Positions 1 through 12,680 of a stretch of DNA of 54,735 bases are shown piece by piece; the first letter of the stretch is position 1, and every line of letters begins with the position of its first letter. Below the pieces are notes generated by a model that was not told the DNA's origin, ran no database searches, and saw nothing but the letters and a program-made list of their open reading frames with translations. Where the stretch lies: positions 62,001-116,735 of the forward strand of contig CAUYUJ010000220.1 in assembly GCA_963575745.1 (NCBI GenBank), written 5' to 3'. This stretch comes from Prorocentrum cordatum (lineage: Eukaryota). A program made the position numbers and the translations under genes.

Positions 1-545
1 ACTGCAGCCCCCAATAGTATACACCAGTACCTGATATACGGTACAAGCAGGCACCCAGAACGGACATCAACCATACACACTGAAGCATGCAACGATGTCA
101 GACACCAGGAACAGTGATGGAGAGCGGACGCGAAGAACAGAAATCAAGGCAAGCAATCCAGAACAGGAATCAATACTAGACATCAAATATAGACACTAAG
201 AACACACATGGACATTACTAAGACTCATGTATTGGCGCAGATCGCTCCAAACAGAACGGCTGCTGCGGCCCCAGAAGAAAAAAAAAACAGCAGGCACGAT
301 TTTGCAAGGACATCGGGTCTGAGGACGCCAAGATACTACTCCCACGTTAATATTCCTCAGCCAGTGTTTACACTGGAGGGGTCCTAGCGGACAAAAAAAA
401 AAAATGGCGAACGTAGCGGGCGGATTCTGGTGGGCGACTATCGGTGGGCGGCTTTCGGTGGGAAGCGCCACATCAGCAGATTGGCGAAAGTAGCCAGTCG
501 ATTTCGGTGGGCGGCTCTCGGTGGGCGGCTGTCGGTAGGCGCCCC

Positions 546-577
<32 letters not shown>

Positions 578-1734
578 GTTGCTGATGCTTATGTTTGTTC
601 TGGGCCTTTGTGGGGACGCGTTGTGGCCCTCTTGAGTCGTCGTCGAGGGTACCTCCAGAAGCCCGCCTGCGTCATCGTGGGCCCCTCGTGCGCCGTCCTG
701 GGGCAATACTGGAACCCCCCTAGGCCTTCTTGAGCCAACGGATGCCCGAAAGGGCGAGCATGTCACAGCCCTTCCGACATGCAAGGGCAATCATTGAGTC
801 AACCTGTTGGGGCCCTCTTGCGAAACTTCGGCGAGGCCTGGCGCTTGCAAGCCTTGCGGAACATCTGATTGGAGTGTTGTCCCGGTGTAATCGTAATTGC
901 ATTTTTCTTCCGCCCTGCTTTCGTCCTGGGCAATCATCCTCATCCGACTGCGATGATCCGAACGCCCAGCTATTCTACCCGCACAACTCCTACCTATTAC
1001 ACGTACTTGTTATGATCTGCGTGCACTCTGATAAGGTGGGGCAATAACGTGTACCGCCACGGTGCATGCACAGGATCGGTAACACATATAGTGGTTGTGT
1101 GTTTCGCTTGTCATGGAAGAACAGGTCCTCGAACATACCAACAACAAGTATGATACATTGTCGTTGTGGAAATCGCACTGGCAGTCGTACAGGTATGATA
1201 GGGCGGAGGAGAAGCATTGGTATCGATACAAGTCCACGTATAGACGTACATACCATGCATGCTCGCACGTAGAAGCAGAAACAGTACTGACAGCACTGCA
1301 TGGTGCAGCGGACGAGAATCTAACGTAGGAGTGTGAATCAGGCATGGCGGCACTTGTGATGGTGGCAGTTGACAGCCAATTGTATACGTTGAAATGTTGG
1401 GAAGAAGAGCGCATTCAATTGCACTAACGCTTGCACACGCATTCGATATGCCAGTCGGCATCCGCCGCCGCTCCAGCGGCACTGTTGGCTGTCTGGTAGG
1501 GCGTCTGCAGTTTTCCAGCCCCCCGCCTCGGAGAACGCGCGACCTCCGAAAATCGCGCCCCTTCCCCCTCCAAGCGACTTCCGGGCGACCTTGCGAAAGC
1601 ACAAGGCTGCCCCAAAACGACAGAAAGACGTCGCACATCCAAAGATGGTCAGACCAGCTCCCGAAGGCTCGAAGATCGCCCCAGCATGCCCCGTGAGGCC
1701 CAAAGGAGTTGCAAGGAGATGCCCATCGGAAACA

Positions 1735-1756
1735 TACACATATACCTATATAGCTA

Positions 1757-1796
<40 letters not shown>

Positions 1797-1810
1797 TATA
1801 GATATAGATG
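1735..1810. repeat. (TA)n microsatellite
   Basis: Long tatata run followed by tagata units. Confidence 0.95.
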
Positions 1811-1914
1811 TACGCGCGCTTCGCGCGCACTTCGGTTCTAGCCGGCTCCGAAGACGGTATTAGCAGGCACGGGTCCGAGTCTGTGGCGTTCCCCCAAAGA
1901 CCCGCAGAATCTAT

Positions 1915-2290
1915 CACCCGAACCCCAACACCCTAGACGGAACAATTGAACCCGAACGCCCGAATACCCGCACACCGTCACCCGAACCCCAACTCCTAAA
2001 ATCTTACACCCGAGTCCAGACACCCGAACCCTGACACTCGAATCCGAACACCCCAATCCGAATACCCTAATTAACCCAAACACCGATCATCTGCACCCGA
2101 GCCGAAAGCCCAAATCCAATACTTGAGCTCCCGAGCAGCCCAGCACTGTCACCCGAAACCAAACAGTCGAACTTTAACATTCTGACCCTAACCTTGACAC
2201 CGAACACCCGAGCCCTAAGCCCGAACCCGAACGCCTCAACAACCTGACCTAAACATTCTAGCTCAACACCTTGACCGAAACACCCTGACT
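1915..2290 (+). repeat. Degenerate heptamer array resembling interstitial telomeric (CCCTAAA-like) repeat
   Basis: Recurrent acccgaa/accctaa/cacccga units at roughly 7-nt periodicity. Confidence 0.5.
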
Positions 2291-2389
2291 CCTCATCTGG
2301 CTCGTCCTTCAGAGCCTTCTCGCCCAGAGCTCCCGCACAGGGCGGAGAGGGACAAGGAGAAAATCTGATGGATGTGGGGAGAGGGAGGG

Positions 2390-2515
2390 AGATGGAGAAG
2401 GAGGGAGCAGGAGGGAGGGAGGAGTGAGGACGAAGGAGAAGGAGAGAGAAGGAGGTAAGAGGAGGAGGAGGAGGAGGAGGAGGAGGAGGAGGAGGAGGAG
2501 AAGGAGGAGGCGGTG
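2390..2515. repeat. (GAG)n microsatellite
   Basis: Poly-GAG run. Confidence 0.95.
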
Positions 2516-2619
2516 GGAAGAGAAGGACACATGCGTACATACAGACAAGTGCACACAAACAGAGGCACGTACAAACAATACCTGTGCGCGTGTCGTGAGT
2601 CAGGGGCATTTTGGATGCC

Positions 2620-5065
2620 TTTCGGTGCCTCGCGGAACGATTCTCAGTGACTTCTTGGACGCCTCTGCGGGGCCTCCAGGGGGTCTCTCGGCGCCTCTGG
2701 GGGACCTCTTGGGAGCTTCTGGGGCTCTCTTGGGGGCGTCCTGGAGGCCTCCCAGATGTCTTGGCGGCATGTTAGGAGCCAGACGGCCCAAGATAAGGCC
2801 CCACGGCCCTTCTTGGAACCTTCTTGGGGCCCTCTTGGGAGTCCCTTGCAGCCCGCTTGGGGCTCACTTAGGCAGTCTTGGGGACTTGCTGGGCCGTCTT
2901 GGGGCTGTCCTCAGCCGTCCTTGGGCGCCTCTTGGGGCTGTTTGGGCGCACTGATATCCAAGGGAGCGGATATGCTAAATCCGCCGATCCCGCGTGTGAG
3001 TTTCAAGGAGTCTCAGCTACAGCCTCGAGGCTGAGCCTCAGCCTCTGGGGGGGTTGCCGGGGTGGCTCTGCCGGGGAAGGGGGGGGTGGGGGGTGCGAGT
3101 TTCCGGCGGATGCGTTTTTTGACACCCCTCACAAGGATCGTGGCCTCCGAGGGGGTTCCGAACTCGAGTACCACCCCTCCCGCACCAAGAGGCTCCGAGG
3201 AGGCCTCCAAGAGGCCCCAAGGGGCGCAGAAGAGGCCCCCAAGAAGCCCCAAGAGGCTCCCAAGAGACCCCCAAGAGGCCCTCTAGTGGCCCCAAGAGGC
3301 CCAAGAGGCCCCCAAGAAGCCCCAAGAGGCGCCCAAGAGGCCCCCAGAAGTCCCAGCCAACCACGAGATCCCAACCAGCATCCATGAGGCCTCTGACCCA
3401 CCACCCACGCACGGTGGCGGGATAGGCCGACGGCCACTGGATCCGCCGCCCCCTGCTTGCAGGGGTGCACGGCGTGCTGGATGATTCAGGTTTTGGTTTT
3501 GGTTCTTTTTCTAAAAGAACTCCCCAGTGGGCTTCGGCCCGTCCCGCCGGCCACCCGCAATTTTCCCATAATCCATCTGTCAATGCCCAAAAACGGCCGT
3601 TTCGCTCGGGACATCCTCAAAAAATCGCGAAGATGGCCCAAGATGGCCTCCAAGTCCGCCCGAGATGGTCCAAGACGGCCTCCAAAACGGCCCAAGAGAG
3701 TCCAAGACGGCCCAAGACGGCCCAAGAGGCCCCCCAGAGGCCTCCCAGACGGCCCAAGAGGCCTCCAAGAGGTCCTCCAGGAGAGTCCGAAGAGGCCAAA
3801 ATCATTGATTTTCCTTGGTTTTTGAAGGATTTTGGCATTTGCGCCTTTTCGGCTCTCCGACGGCTCAAGACGGCCCAAGAAGCCCCCAAGATCGCCCAAG
3901 AGGCCCCCAAGAGAGCCCCATGATGGCCCAAGTGGCCTCCAAGATGGCCCCTAGAGGGCCCCAAGAGGGCCCAAGAGGCCTCCAACACGCCCAAGATGGC
4001 CTCCAAGACGCCCAAGATGGCCTCCAAGACGGCCCTGGAGCATTCCAAGCGGGCCCCAAGTCGGCCCATAGAGGCCCCCCAAACGGCTTCCGACGGCTTC
4101 AGACGTGCCAGGAACCCACCAAGATGGCCGAAGTTGGCTCGAAGCTGGCCCGAGACGGCCCAAAAAGCCCCAAAGATCGCCCAAAGCTTGCCCAAGAGGC
4201 CTCCAAGACGGCCAAGATGACCTTCAAGATGCCCACGTGTTCCCCGAAGGCTTTCCAAACCGATTCGGGGAACACGTGGTCCGATAGCTTGGCAGGTCTG
4301 GCCTCAACGTTCGGCCACATAGGCGCTTCCAAAAAGGCAGGGGGCGGCGGTGATTCGCCGTAGGCGTCTTCGATAAATGCTGAGTGAGAGGAGGGGAGGG
4401 AAAAGAGAGGAGGGACGAGGGCGAAGAAGGATCACATCAGTCGGAGCGCCCCGGATCGGCGGCACTGGCCGAAGGCCACTACAATATGTATGTTTTACGT
4501 AAGGGATGGGGCCTTTTTGGTCTCCCAAGGCCCTCGGGGGCCTCTTGGACCTCTCTTGGGGCGTCTTGAAGGCATCTTGGCCCTTCTGAAACCAGCTTGG
4601 GCCGTCTTGAAGCGCTCCTGGGCCCTCTTGGGCCCTCTTGGGGCTCCCTTGGGGCCCGCTTGGGGCTCACTTAAGCAGTCGTGGGGCCCTCCTGGGCCGT
4701 CTTCGGGCTGTCCGAAGCCGTCCTGGGGCGTCCTTGGGCGCCTCTTGGGACTGTTTGGGCGCTCGGATATCCAGGGGAGCGGATATGCTAAAAATATACG
4801 CTTACGTAAGGAATGGGGCCATTTGGGTCTCCAAAAGCCCTCGTGGGGGGCCTCTTGGACCTCTCTTGTGATGTCTTGAGGGCCTCTTGGCCATTCTGGA
4901 AGCAATATTGGGCCGTCTTGAAGCGCTCCTGGTGCCCTCTCAGCGCTCTTGGAGCGCTCTGGAGCGGTCCGGGAACCCCTGGGGGTCGTCCGGGGAGCCT
5001 CCCGGGGAGAGCCCCGTGGTACAAGGTGGGGGCCAGCCTGGGGCCCCGGGGCTGGGATCTCCCAC
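2620..5065. repeat. CCAAG/GGCCCCAAGA-rich dispersed repeat blocks in alternating orientation
   Basis: ggccccaaga/tcttgggggcc units give the LGASWG/QEAPKRP pseudo-ORFs. 2800-2980 is homologous to 4620-4800. The motif aaaatcattgattt (~3797) recurs at ~13855 and ~49140. Confidence 0.85.
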
Positions 5066-5089
5066 ATGTGTGTATATATGTATATATAG

Positions 5090-5120
<31 letters not shown>

Positions 5121-5244
5121 TGTATGTATGTATGTATGTATGTATGTATGTATGCATGCATGCATGCATGCATGCATGCATGCATGCATGTATGTATGTA
5201 TGTATGTATATATATATAGTTATGTATGGCTGTATGCATGCATG

Positions 5245-5308
<64 letters not shown>

Positions 5309-5309
5309 C

Positions 5310-5343
<34 letters not shown>

Positions 5344-5512
5344 ATATGTATATGTATATGTGCATGTGTATGTACATGTATGTATATGTATATGGATGTA
5401 TATGTATGTATATATATGTATGTATGTACATGCATGTATGCATATGTAGGTAGGTAGGTAGGTAGGTAGGTAGGTAGGTAGGTAGGTAGGTAGGTAGGTA
5501 GGTAGGTAGGTA
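5066..5512. repeat. Compound microsatellite (TATG)n/(CATG)n/(TATATG)n/(TAGG)n
   Basis: Directly visible tandem units. Confidence 0.95.
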
Positions 5513-5529
5513 TGGGGTGCTTTTCCTCA

Positions 5530-6240
5530 TCCTCTTCTCCTCTTCGACACCGATGGGGATGACCTTGACAACCATCATCTCCCCAAGACGGCCCACTTCC
5601 AGCTGGAGGCATCGCGGGCCTTGTTGCCATCCGAATTCATATTGAACTCCTCACTAGTTGGGCAAACTTGGGGAGCTGAGGCCGAGTGCCCTTCCAAAGA
5701 GATGCTATACACTCTGCTGCAAAGCGTCCAGATACATGTTTATTCACTGACACCAGCGCCTTCTGAAATGGAGCCCTCCCCCTGAAGGGCGCAGGCATGT
5801 TCTAGTTGCACCGCGGAGCAGTTTGCGATGGGAACAATGCCAGGTATACCTGAGGGCGTCGCACACGCTTCGCGGTAGCGCTCAGGTTCCAGCTTGGGAC
5901 GGCGGCATGATACATCGACCATCGAGGTACCAAATCTGGAAGGCTTCCTGAGAAAACATATAGGGCGGACTGCGTCTTGGCAAGCTCGCGCGATGCCCCG
6001 AGCCCGACAGACTGGCGAACGGAAAATGTGAGCCGCGCCCAGGCGGAGGTACAACTCTGCTGAGGTGAAAGCGACATGTCTCCCTTGCGCGCGCGATGTG
6101 CGCCGCCCCGTACTCCTGCGGCGCAATTTGCTACGTCATTGGCAAAACGTCCACGTTGGGCGTGATGAGCAAGGAACAACATTCTGCATAGGGTCGCTGT
6201 CGGCCGGGGCTATCTGGCAGAGTGCACTCAGGAGTGGGCG
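5530..6240 (-). mobile_element. Highly decayed non-LTR (LINE) reverse transcriptase fragment
   Basis: Minus-strand peptides LPDSPGRQRPY (~DSAPGPDGLPY) and GIVPIANCSAVQLE (~GFVPGRSIADNVLELE) occur in LINE order. There are many frameshifts. Confidence 0.4.
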
Positions 6241-6491
6241 CCAGGGAGGACGCCCAGGACCTCGCGCCCCATCGTTGCCCCCACTCCCCCCGTCTCCAGA
6301 AGCGTCCCAGATGAGGTCCGAAAATATGAGGTCGGCGAATATACGGAATCCGCTGCGCTGCATCGCCGACGTCGACGATGCGTCGTCGCCGTCGGCGTGG
6401 AGAACATCGGGCTCCACATCGAGCCGTATCGGCGATGCAGCGGCGATGCGGCGCGATCCTCCGACCCCATCTTCTGCTAGGGCAACTACCT

Positions 6492-6663
6492 TCGGGGATG
6501 GACAGACCCCCCTTTAGTAAAACGTGGTTTAGTGAAAACGACCTGAGGCCCAAACCTTGCGGGCGCAAGCATGGAAAATAACGGCCACGGCGACCTCTCG
6601 AGAACCAAAAACGGACAATTTACTAATCGACGTGTCACTGTTGGGGGTTCTGTCCACCCCTGA
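6492..6663 (+). mobile_element. MITE family A, copy 1 (172 bp)
   Basis: TIRs tcggggatggacagaccccc ... gggggttctgtccacccctga. 5-bp TSD tacct/cacct. Near-identical to 25916-26087 and 53449-53620. Confidence 0.85.
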
Positions 6664-6810
6664 CACCTTCGCGCTCCGCGCTCCGCGGAGCGCCGTTGCC
6701 TTCGCGCTTCCCTGCCGCCGCCCCGAGGACAGAACGAGGGACCCGCGTCCCGTTCTGGAATCGCCCAGGCCGCGAAGCGTGACTAACTTCGCACCCTCGT
6801 GGTGGCCCTA

Positions 6811-6987
6811 CAGTCGAGGCGTTGACCTAAGGAACCCTAAATAAGGAACGAGGCCCCTTTTTTTCCATAAGTTAATCTTCGATTTCCGATCGAAAACATA
6901 AGGGAAGCCTGAGGCAAGCTGTGAAACACTTAGGGAACTCGGAGCCCCTCCCCAACGAAAAGGGTTCCTTGTTCAGGGCCCCGACTG
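6811..6987 (+). mobile_element. TA-flanked (Tc1/mariner-type) MITE, copy 1
   Basis: TA|cagtcgaggc ... gccccgactg|TA. Second copy at 15860-16034. Confidence 0.85.
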
Positions 6988-7324
6988 TACGCGGACTCCA
7001 CTTGGGAGGCCTGGAGTCTCCCCGCCACCGTTGAGGCGCCCGCCAGCGCGTTGGCCGCCCCCTCGCCGTCCGTCGACTGACGGGGAGCGGGGGCGGCAGG
7101 TTCGGGCGCCTCCTCGGCGGACGCCGGTGCGGCTGCTGCCTCGCAGAGGGGGTGGGGCACTCTCCCATGCAGCTGTCACATGCGATAAGAGGTCCTGCTG
7201 TATGAAGTCTGGGGGGACGCTCGTCGTCGAGGTCTGAGCTGCCCGAGATGCCCCAGGGCCTCTGTGGGCCCCAGGGGCCATCGTGGGATACGAGACTTCC
7301 GGCGAGCCTCTGCTGGCAAGCTGG

Positions 7325-7475
7325 GTTTTTTTAAGGGGCCCAAGGACACACAGGTAAATACACACACATCCCAGGACTCCCCATCTGCTTCCCTTCCCCC
7401 CCACTACCCATAGTTTCCCGCATTTTCCTGGGAATCGATGACGAACTGTGTCTGTGTGCTTCGTTCCCTCCGGAT
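7325..7475 (+). repeat. Dispersed ~150 bp repeat (ggacacaca...aattgtgtctgtgtgttt family)
   Basis: Homologous copies at ~12695-12845 and ~13305-13475. Confidence 0.7.
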
Positions 7476-7697
7476 CTTCTTCGCGCCGCACCTGCGGAAC
7501 ACCTTCCCCCTCGTGGGCGCCAATCGCGTTGCCCACGCTCTGGTCTGCGTCTGTGCGACGACTGTGCACACAAGCAGCCGATTGCTTACACCCGCGCAGA
7601 AGGATCGCTCGTCTTCGCCGTCCGGCATCGTCACTGCGTGCGCGAGGCGACAGGGGCGGCCCTCGCGCGACCCACGCGCGCCTGGGCGCGCGCCTGC

Positions 7698-9478
7698 TCA
7701 CACGACCACGCCCGAGCCCGCGATCATCGAGCACGCCGAAGTGAGCGGAGAGTCGGCATGAGACCGAGCGCGAGCAATGGCCTCGCCCAGCAGCCCGATC
7801 TCCGCGGTGCGGTTCGGCGTGGGCCTCTGCGCCCGAAGGCTCTCCCGCAGGCCGAACAGGGCCCAGCCGCAGTTCGGCTCTGCGTGCCACGAAAAGCCGT
7901 GCAAGGCTGCTCGAAATGTTCTCTCGGCCTCTGCCGGCTGACCAGCCGACAATTGTGCCTGACCGTAGCACTCGCGGGTTGGCAACAGCCAGGGGGGCGG
8001 CTCGTCGTATGGCATTCCCATCTCCACGGCCACTGCGGCACCGAATAACTCTAAAGACTCCTTCACAAAGCCCCGCGCATGAGCCAAAGCGGCTGCTGCA
8101 GTGTAATTTGCGATGCGCGATGCCTTTACAACAAGGTCACCCTCCGTTGCGTACACAACAGGCAACAACCTTTGCAGAATACGGAGATTGCTAGCTGCCT
8201 CATCTAATCGGTTGAGCCGGGCTGCTGCGATAGACAAGGCAAACGTGCGCACAACACCGTAACCATATGGCCACTGCAGGCTGAAATTTCCGGGTGGAAG
8301 CGAATCAAGCTCCACCATGCGGCCCCAATCGCCGAAGCGAACCGCGACAATCATCGGGTAGCTCCAGGCCACTCTACCATTGGGCCCATCAGGTCTTGCT
8401 GGTGCGTCCTTGAAGAGCTGCTGGGCGACCTGGGCATACCTGTAAGAGGTAGTCCTTTCGCCAGCAAACAAGGCAGAGCTCAAGAGGAAAACAACGTTGT
8501 GTCCAGGTCCGTAAGGAATCTTGCCGTGCTTCAAGAACTGCTGGTCACTATCGACTGCATCCTTGTTGGCTTCCACACCGTTGTGGTAGAACCCTGTTCG
8601 GAAGAAGGTATGGCTGGTCATGTGCTGAAGATGGCTATTCTGCAGAGGGAGCCGCATGTTTTTCCTCAAATGGGCTGCTGCCTCGACCCAGCACCTAGTG
8701 CCTCCGAGTTTGACATTTCAGTGCTGTGTATGAGTAGGTGCTGGGCATATGGATGCGTCTGGCCAGTTGTCGCGAGCACCCCTCGCAACATTTTAGAAAT
8801 CTCAGCAGTGCCCTCTGCAGGTGTGGGTGGAAGATCATCGCCGTTACTTTTGTAGAAGTGGTAGCCGGCGTCATCGCACATGAGGACCATTCTGGCCTCG
8901 GCATCAAAGACGGTGAGGTCGACATCAGAAGAAAGAGACACATTCGACTCCCGCGCGGTTCGCAACACCTTGGCATATTGCTTGTAGCTTTTGACTTGGT
9001 CGCCTGCGGCTGAGTTTGCGGGATAACGGACAGCCATGGCATCGATCAGAACCCGCTCCTTTGCGCTGTGCCTGTCGCGTCTCTTCGCAAGCTGCGCTGA
9101 CGCATTCGCGGCCGCAAACAGACCTGCTGCCAGATCATCGGAAGATTTGGTGGGACGGTTCAGGAAGGGTCCATGGGCATGCGCGAGGCCCCACCAGCAC
9201 ATGGAGCAACTCGGGTCGTTCTCCAGGCAAGCCTTGAATGCGGATTGCGCGTTTGGCTGGTCAAAATTGTAGATGAGCAACAGACCAATACCGAAGAGCC
9301 GCTGCGCCTCAGAACTGAGCGTGGTAATATTGAACGCAAATCGACCCACAAGGGGCTGCCAAGCCTCCAAATCGGTGAATGGTGGTGCAAGCGGTGCATG
9401 CCCCAAATGGCTATGCACAGAGTCATCGGCTGCCGCCGTCAAGAGCACGACGCTTTGCACCAATCGGAAGACCATCAT
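7698..9478 (-). pseudogene. Intronless TPR-repeat protein retrocopy with predicted signal peptide; frameshift near 8690
   Basis: Two abutting ORFs carry consecutive family motifs: ITTLSSEAQRLFGIGLLLIYNFDQ..AF..CLENDPSCSMCWWGLAHAHGPFLN, HPYAQHLLIHSTEMS, SHLQHMTSHTFFRTGFY..GVEAN..AVDSD, YDEPPPWLLPTRECYG, PNCGWALFGL, C-terminal LTSAC. Hydrophobic N-terminus MMVFRLVQSVVLLTAAA from ATG 9478. The frameshift could be an assembly error. Confidence 0.8.
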
Positions 9479-9517
9479 GGGTCCAACTGACTTCACAATG
9501 AACACGACGGACTTGGA

Positions 9518-9538
9518 CTGGGCCCGGATGGCTACGGA
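9518..9538 (-). other. Relic dinoflagellate spliced leader (DinoSL)
   Basis: Minus strand TCCGTAGCCATCCGGGCCCAG versus canonical DCCGTAGCCATTTTGGCTCAAG. The first 11 nt are exact, and it lies 40 nt upstream of the TPR ATG in the same orientation. Confidence 0.75.
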
Positions 9539-10712
9539 ACGTGAACATACGAAACATGCGTGCTGGTGCAAGCACGCGCGCTGGAGCAATTGGAAGCGAT
9601 CCAGAGCCCCGTCGCGTTAACACACCCAATCACACACGCACACCTCACAAACACCACTCATGCACACACGCATGCGCACATATTCACGTAGTGGTATTCA
9701 TCTGAATACACATACACGTGCATCCACATGGTGCCGGAGCGTGGACCCCAAGCAGCTTATTCGTGTAGCGTTGCATGTGGAATCCGCGGTGTCCAACCCT
9801 GTATGTGTTGAGCCCTATACGTGTGGTGGCCAATATCTATATGCCGACCCAATGTGTGTGTAACTGTCTCTGGACTCCTATACGTGCGGAGCTCGTTTTT
9901 ATTAGACACTGCCCCTTAGACCCGCCTCGTAAACTGCAGGTCGCAAGCTGCCTCGGACTGCGGCGCATTCCAAGGTCCCTGTGCACAAGGAGCCGCACCA
10001 GGAGTCCGCCATCCCAGGAGTATCCTCACCCCCCCCCCACAGGGGCCTCTGCGTTTCGAGCCCAAGTTATGCAGCCCTGTATACGTGTGGAACCGCCAAG
10101 AAACCACAGGAGCCCCCCCCCCAGATCTGAGCGGTCACCAACAAAAAGGCCGCACGCAGGTCCAGTAAATCCAAAGGCGTCATTGGAATCCATAGGAGTC
10201 CAAGCACCCACTGGCAACAGGGCCGCACGCAAAAAGGATGGGACATGAAGGGGGCAGAGAGAGGAGAGAGCATGAGAGAGAAATAGACTCTGGGCCTGGA
10301 CGTGGAGCATCCCAAGGCGATATCCGGTCCCAGAAACATTGGATCATGATCAATCCTTTGCTTGGGTTCGTGGAAGGAGAGCGAAAGGAGACAACAGAAA
10401 GGAGAGGATCAAGGAAAAGGGGCATAACATGAGGGAAGATATCGCAGGGCCAGGACCACTCCGAGGCGCAGGCCGGCTTCGAACAATTGGACCGCGATCA
10501 CCTTGATCGTTTGGGCAGACGCCCACAAAAATATATTGATCGCGATGAGATTGTTCTTGGATCGGGGTCATATTGTTATTTGACTTGAGTGATCGCGATC
10601 ACATAGATCGCGGAAGGAGGGGTTAGGGAGATAGGGAGAGAGTAGGGAGGAAGACAAGATGGATCAGGGAGGCGTGAAGGAGGGCGAAGCAGAAACGCGA
10701 CATCGCACCTAT

Positions 10713-10876
10713 TTAATCCGCGCGGGCGGCAGCTTGCAAATCCGCATCCGCCACAAGGACACCGTCCTCGTCGCTGTAGACGTAGTCGCCAGGCTGAAAC
10801 GTGACGCCGGCGAAAGTGACAGGGACGTCCCGCAGGCCCCAATCGCGCTTCCCGCTCCTCGGGAGGACCACACACC
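10713..10876 (-). CDS. rraA: RraA/HMG-aldolase-family gene, last exon
   Basis: GLRDVPVTFAGVTFQPGDYVYSDEDGVLVAD matches the RraA C-terminus. Acceptor tttccacag|; TAA stop at 10713-10715. Confidence 0.9.
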
Positions 10877-11236
10877 CTGTGGAAACAACACGCAACCACA
10901 CACTGCGGCCGCTCGCGTGCGACCTCTCCGCCTGCACCTGACCCCGCCACAGCACGCATGCGAGGGTGCAGGGGGCAACGATGGGGGTGGACCGTCTCAG
11001 GAGGGGGGGGGGGGAGCATCGAGCTCGAATCGGCGATACATCGGGGGGGGGGCAGCGAGCTCGACTCGGCGATGAATCCACGACGCACCAGCGATGGGCC
11101 CCAGATGGCAAAACAGCCAACCCCTGGGCGGGGTGGGGGCCAGCGGGCTCCCCTCGGGGATGCGCGGGTGCCTGGGCGTCGACGCCTCGCCTCGCGGAGC
11201 CCGCCTCCCCCTGACGTTGCGCCTGAGGAAGATGCG

Positions 11237-11411
11237 TTGGGCGTGGCTTAATGGGGGGGTCACAAATGGGGGGGTCAGAAAAGGTCCCCTTTCGTGCCCC
11301 TTTCGGGCCCCTCCGGAGCCGCGGGGGGCTCGTTTAGGTACCGTTTGGGTACCTTTTCGGGCCACACTCGCCGCCCCCCCATTTATGACCCCCCCATTAC
11401 GCAGCGCCCAA
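11237..11411. mobile_element. MITE (175 bp) with long TIRs
   Basis: ttgggcg..taatgggggggtcacaaatggggggg ... ccccccatttatgacccccccatta..cgcccaa. 5-bp TSD atgcg/atgcg. Confidence 0.85.
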
Positions 11412-12501
11412 ATGCGGGGTGGAGGTCCAGCGCCGGCGAGGAATCGGCCACGGCCATCGCTCTGCCACAACACAGCAGGAGCGCAGAAGAAGGAACGAGC
11501 GGGGCTCTTCTGGCCAAGGCGAGCCTCGGCCATACGGACGCTCTCCGACCTGGATTTGAAGAGCGGCCCGAAAACCAGAACCCCTCCTGAGTCCGAAACG
11601 GTGCCTAAAGTGGAGGCCAGTCCACAAGAAACCTTCCACGAGAAACCCAACCCTGAGACCCGAGGACGTCCACTGGTTTTTGGTGTGAGCACGTCGCGCT
11701 TTCCACAGCAAGACCATCGAAATCCCAGAACCCCAGGGCACCCTGGAGGCAAGTAGGATGTTTCTTGGCATGGGCCCCCACTGTACTTCAACGTCTTGGC
11801 TGCACACACGCAAGAGCGACCCTGGGCAGGAGGGACCTCCTGGTGCGAGGCTCACCCATCGCTGCCTGCGGTGCGGCCGTGGCGGCTCTGCGCGCCTGGC
11901 CCCCTCGAAGCCCCCCAAGGGGAGTTCAAGGGAGAAAGGAAGGGGAGGGCGGGGAATCCTCCCCCTCCTCCTCCTCCTCCTCCTCTTCCTTCTCCTATAG
12001 TCCTCCTCCTCCTCCTCCTCCTCCTCCTCCTCGTCCTCCTCCTCAGAGGGGGGAAGAATGGGTGGCCTTGCGTGCCTGGGCTTGAGCCTCCAGAAGCCGC
12101 GCACTAAAGGTCAGGTCACTCCAGCGAGGGGTCACTTCTCGCGCGTCGGCGAGAGGAGCCGTCCACGGAGGGGGGCCGAGACCTCGCGGTACTCGTGTGG
12201 CCTTTGCTGGGGCCCCCTGTCTTCACGGGGTAGGTGCCCAGCGCCTTGACGCCGAGAGGCATCCTGCTGGGACAGCAAGCGACCACATCGACATGGAGGA
12301 CACGCCCTCGGGGTTGTCCTGCGCATGCTAGCAGTCGTCAGAACACCGGCACCAGCTTAGTGCTGGCCGGTTTGGGCGCCCAAGACGACCAAAGCGACCA
12401 CAACCACGACCGAAGCGTTCCTGTGAAAGCCGGCGGGATTTCCCTCAAAGGGGCCCTCCAGAAAAAAACCGTGCAGTTCTGGCTGTGGTGGTTTGCTGTG
12501 C

Positions 12502-12680
12502 CCCGCCATCCCCCGCAGGCACGCCGCATCGCGCAGGAACCCGTGGAGCAGCACGCCGGCCCAGCCGTTGCGCACCGCCAGCTCGCCCAGGTTGTCGCCG
12601 AAGAGCGCCGCCCGAGGCGAGCCCCCCGCGTCCACCACCAGGACCCGCCCACCGCCACTCTCCGAGAGCACCGACCGCAC
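12502..12680 (-). CDS. rraA: RraA-family gene, central exon
   Basis: [51 protein letters not shown] is the RraA core. Acceptor tttccag|G. The donor is probably GC and its exact position is uncertain; a small exon may be missing downstream. Confidence 0.92.

Noticed and set aside
720..1000. VDSMIALACRKG resembling a DIRS RNase H motif
   Set aside because: A single short match with no neighbouring motifs.
2424..5596. Long overlapping ORFs (LGASWG/QEAPKRP, YVCM, HTYI)
   Set aside because: They are translations of stop-poor repeats, open in several frames on both strands.
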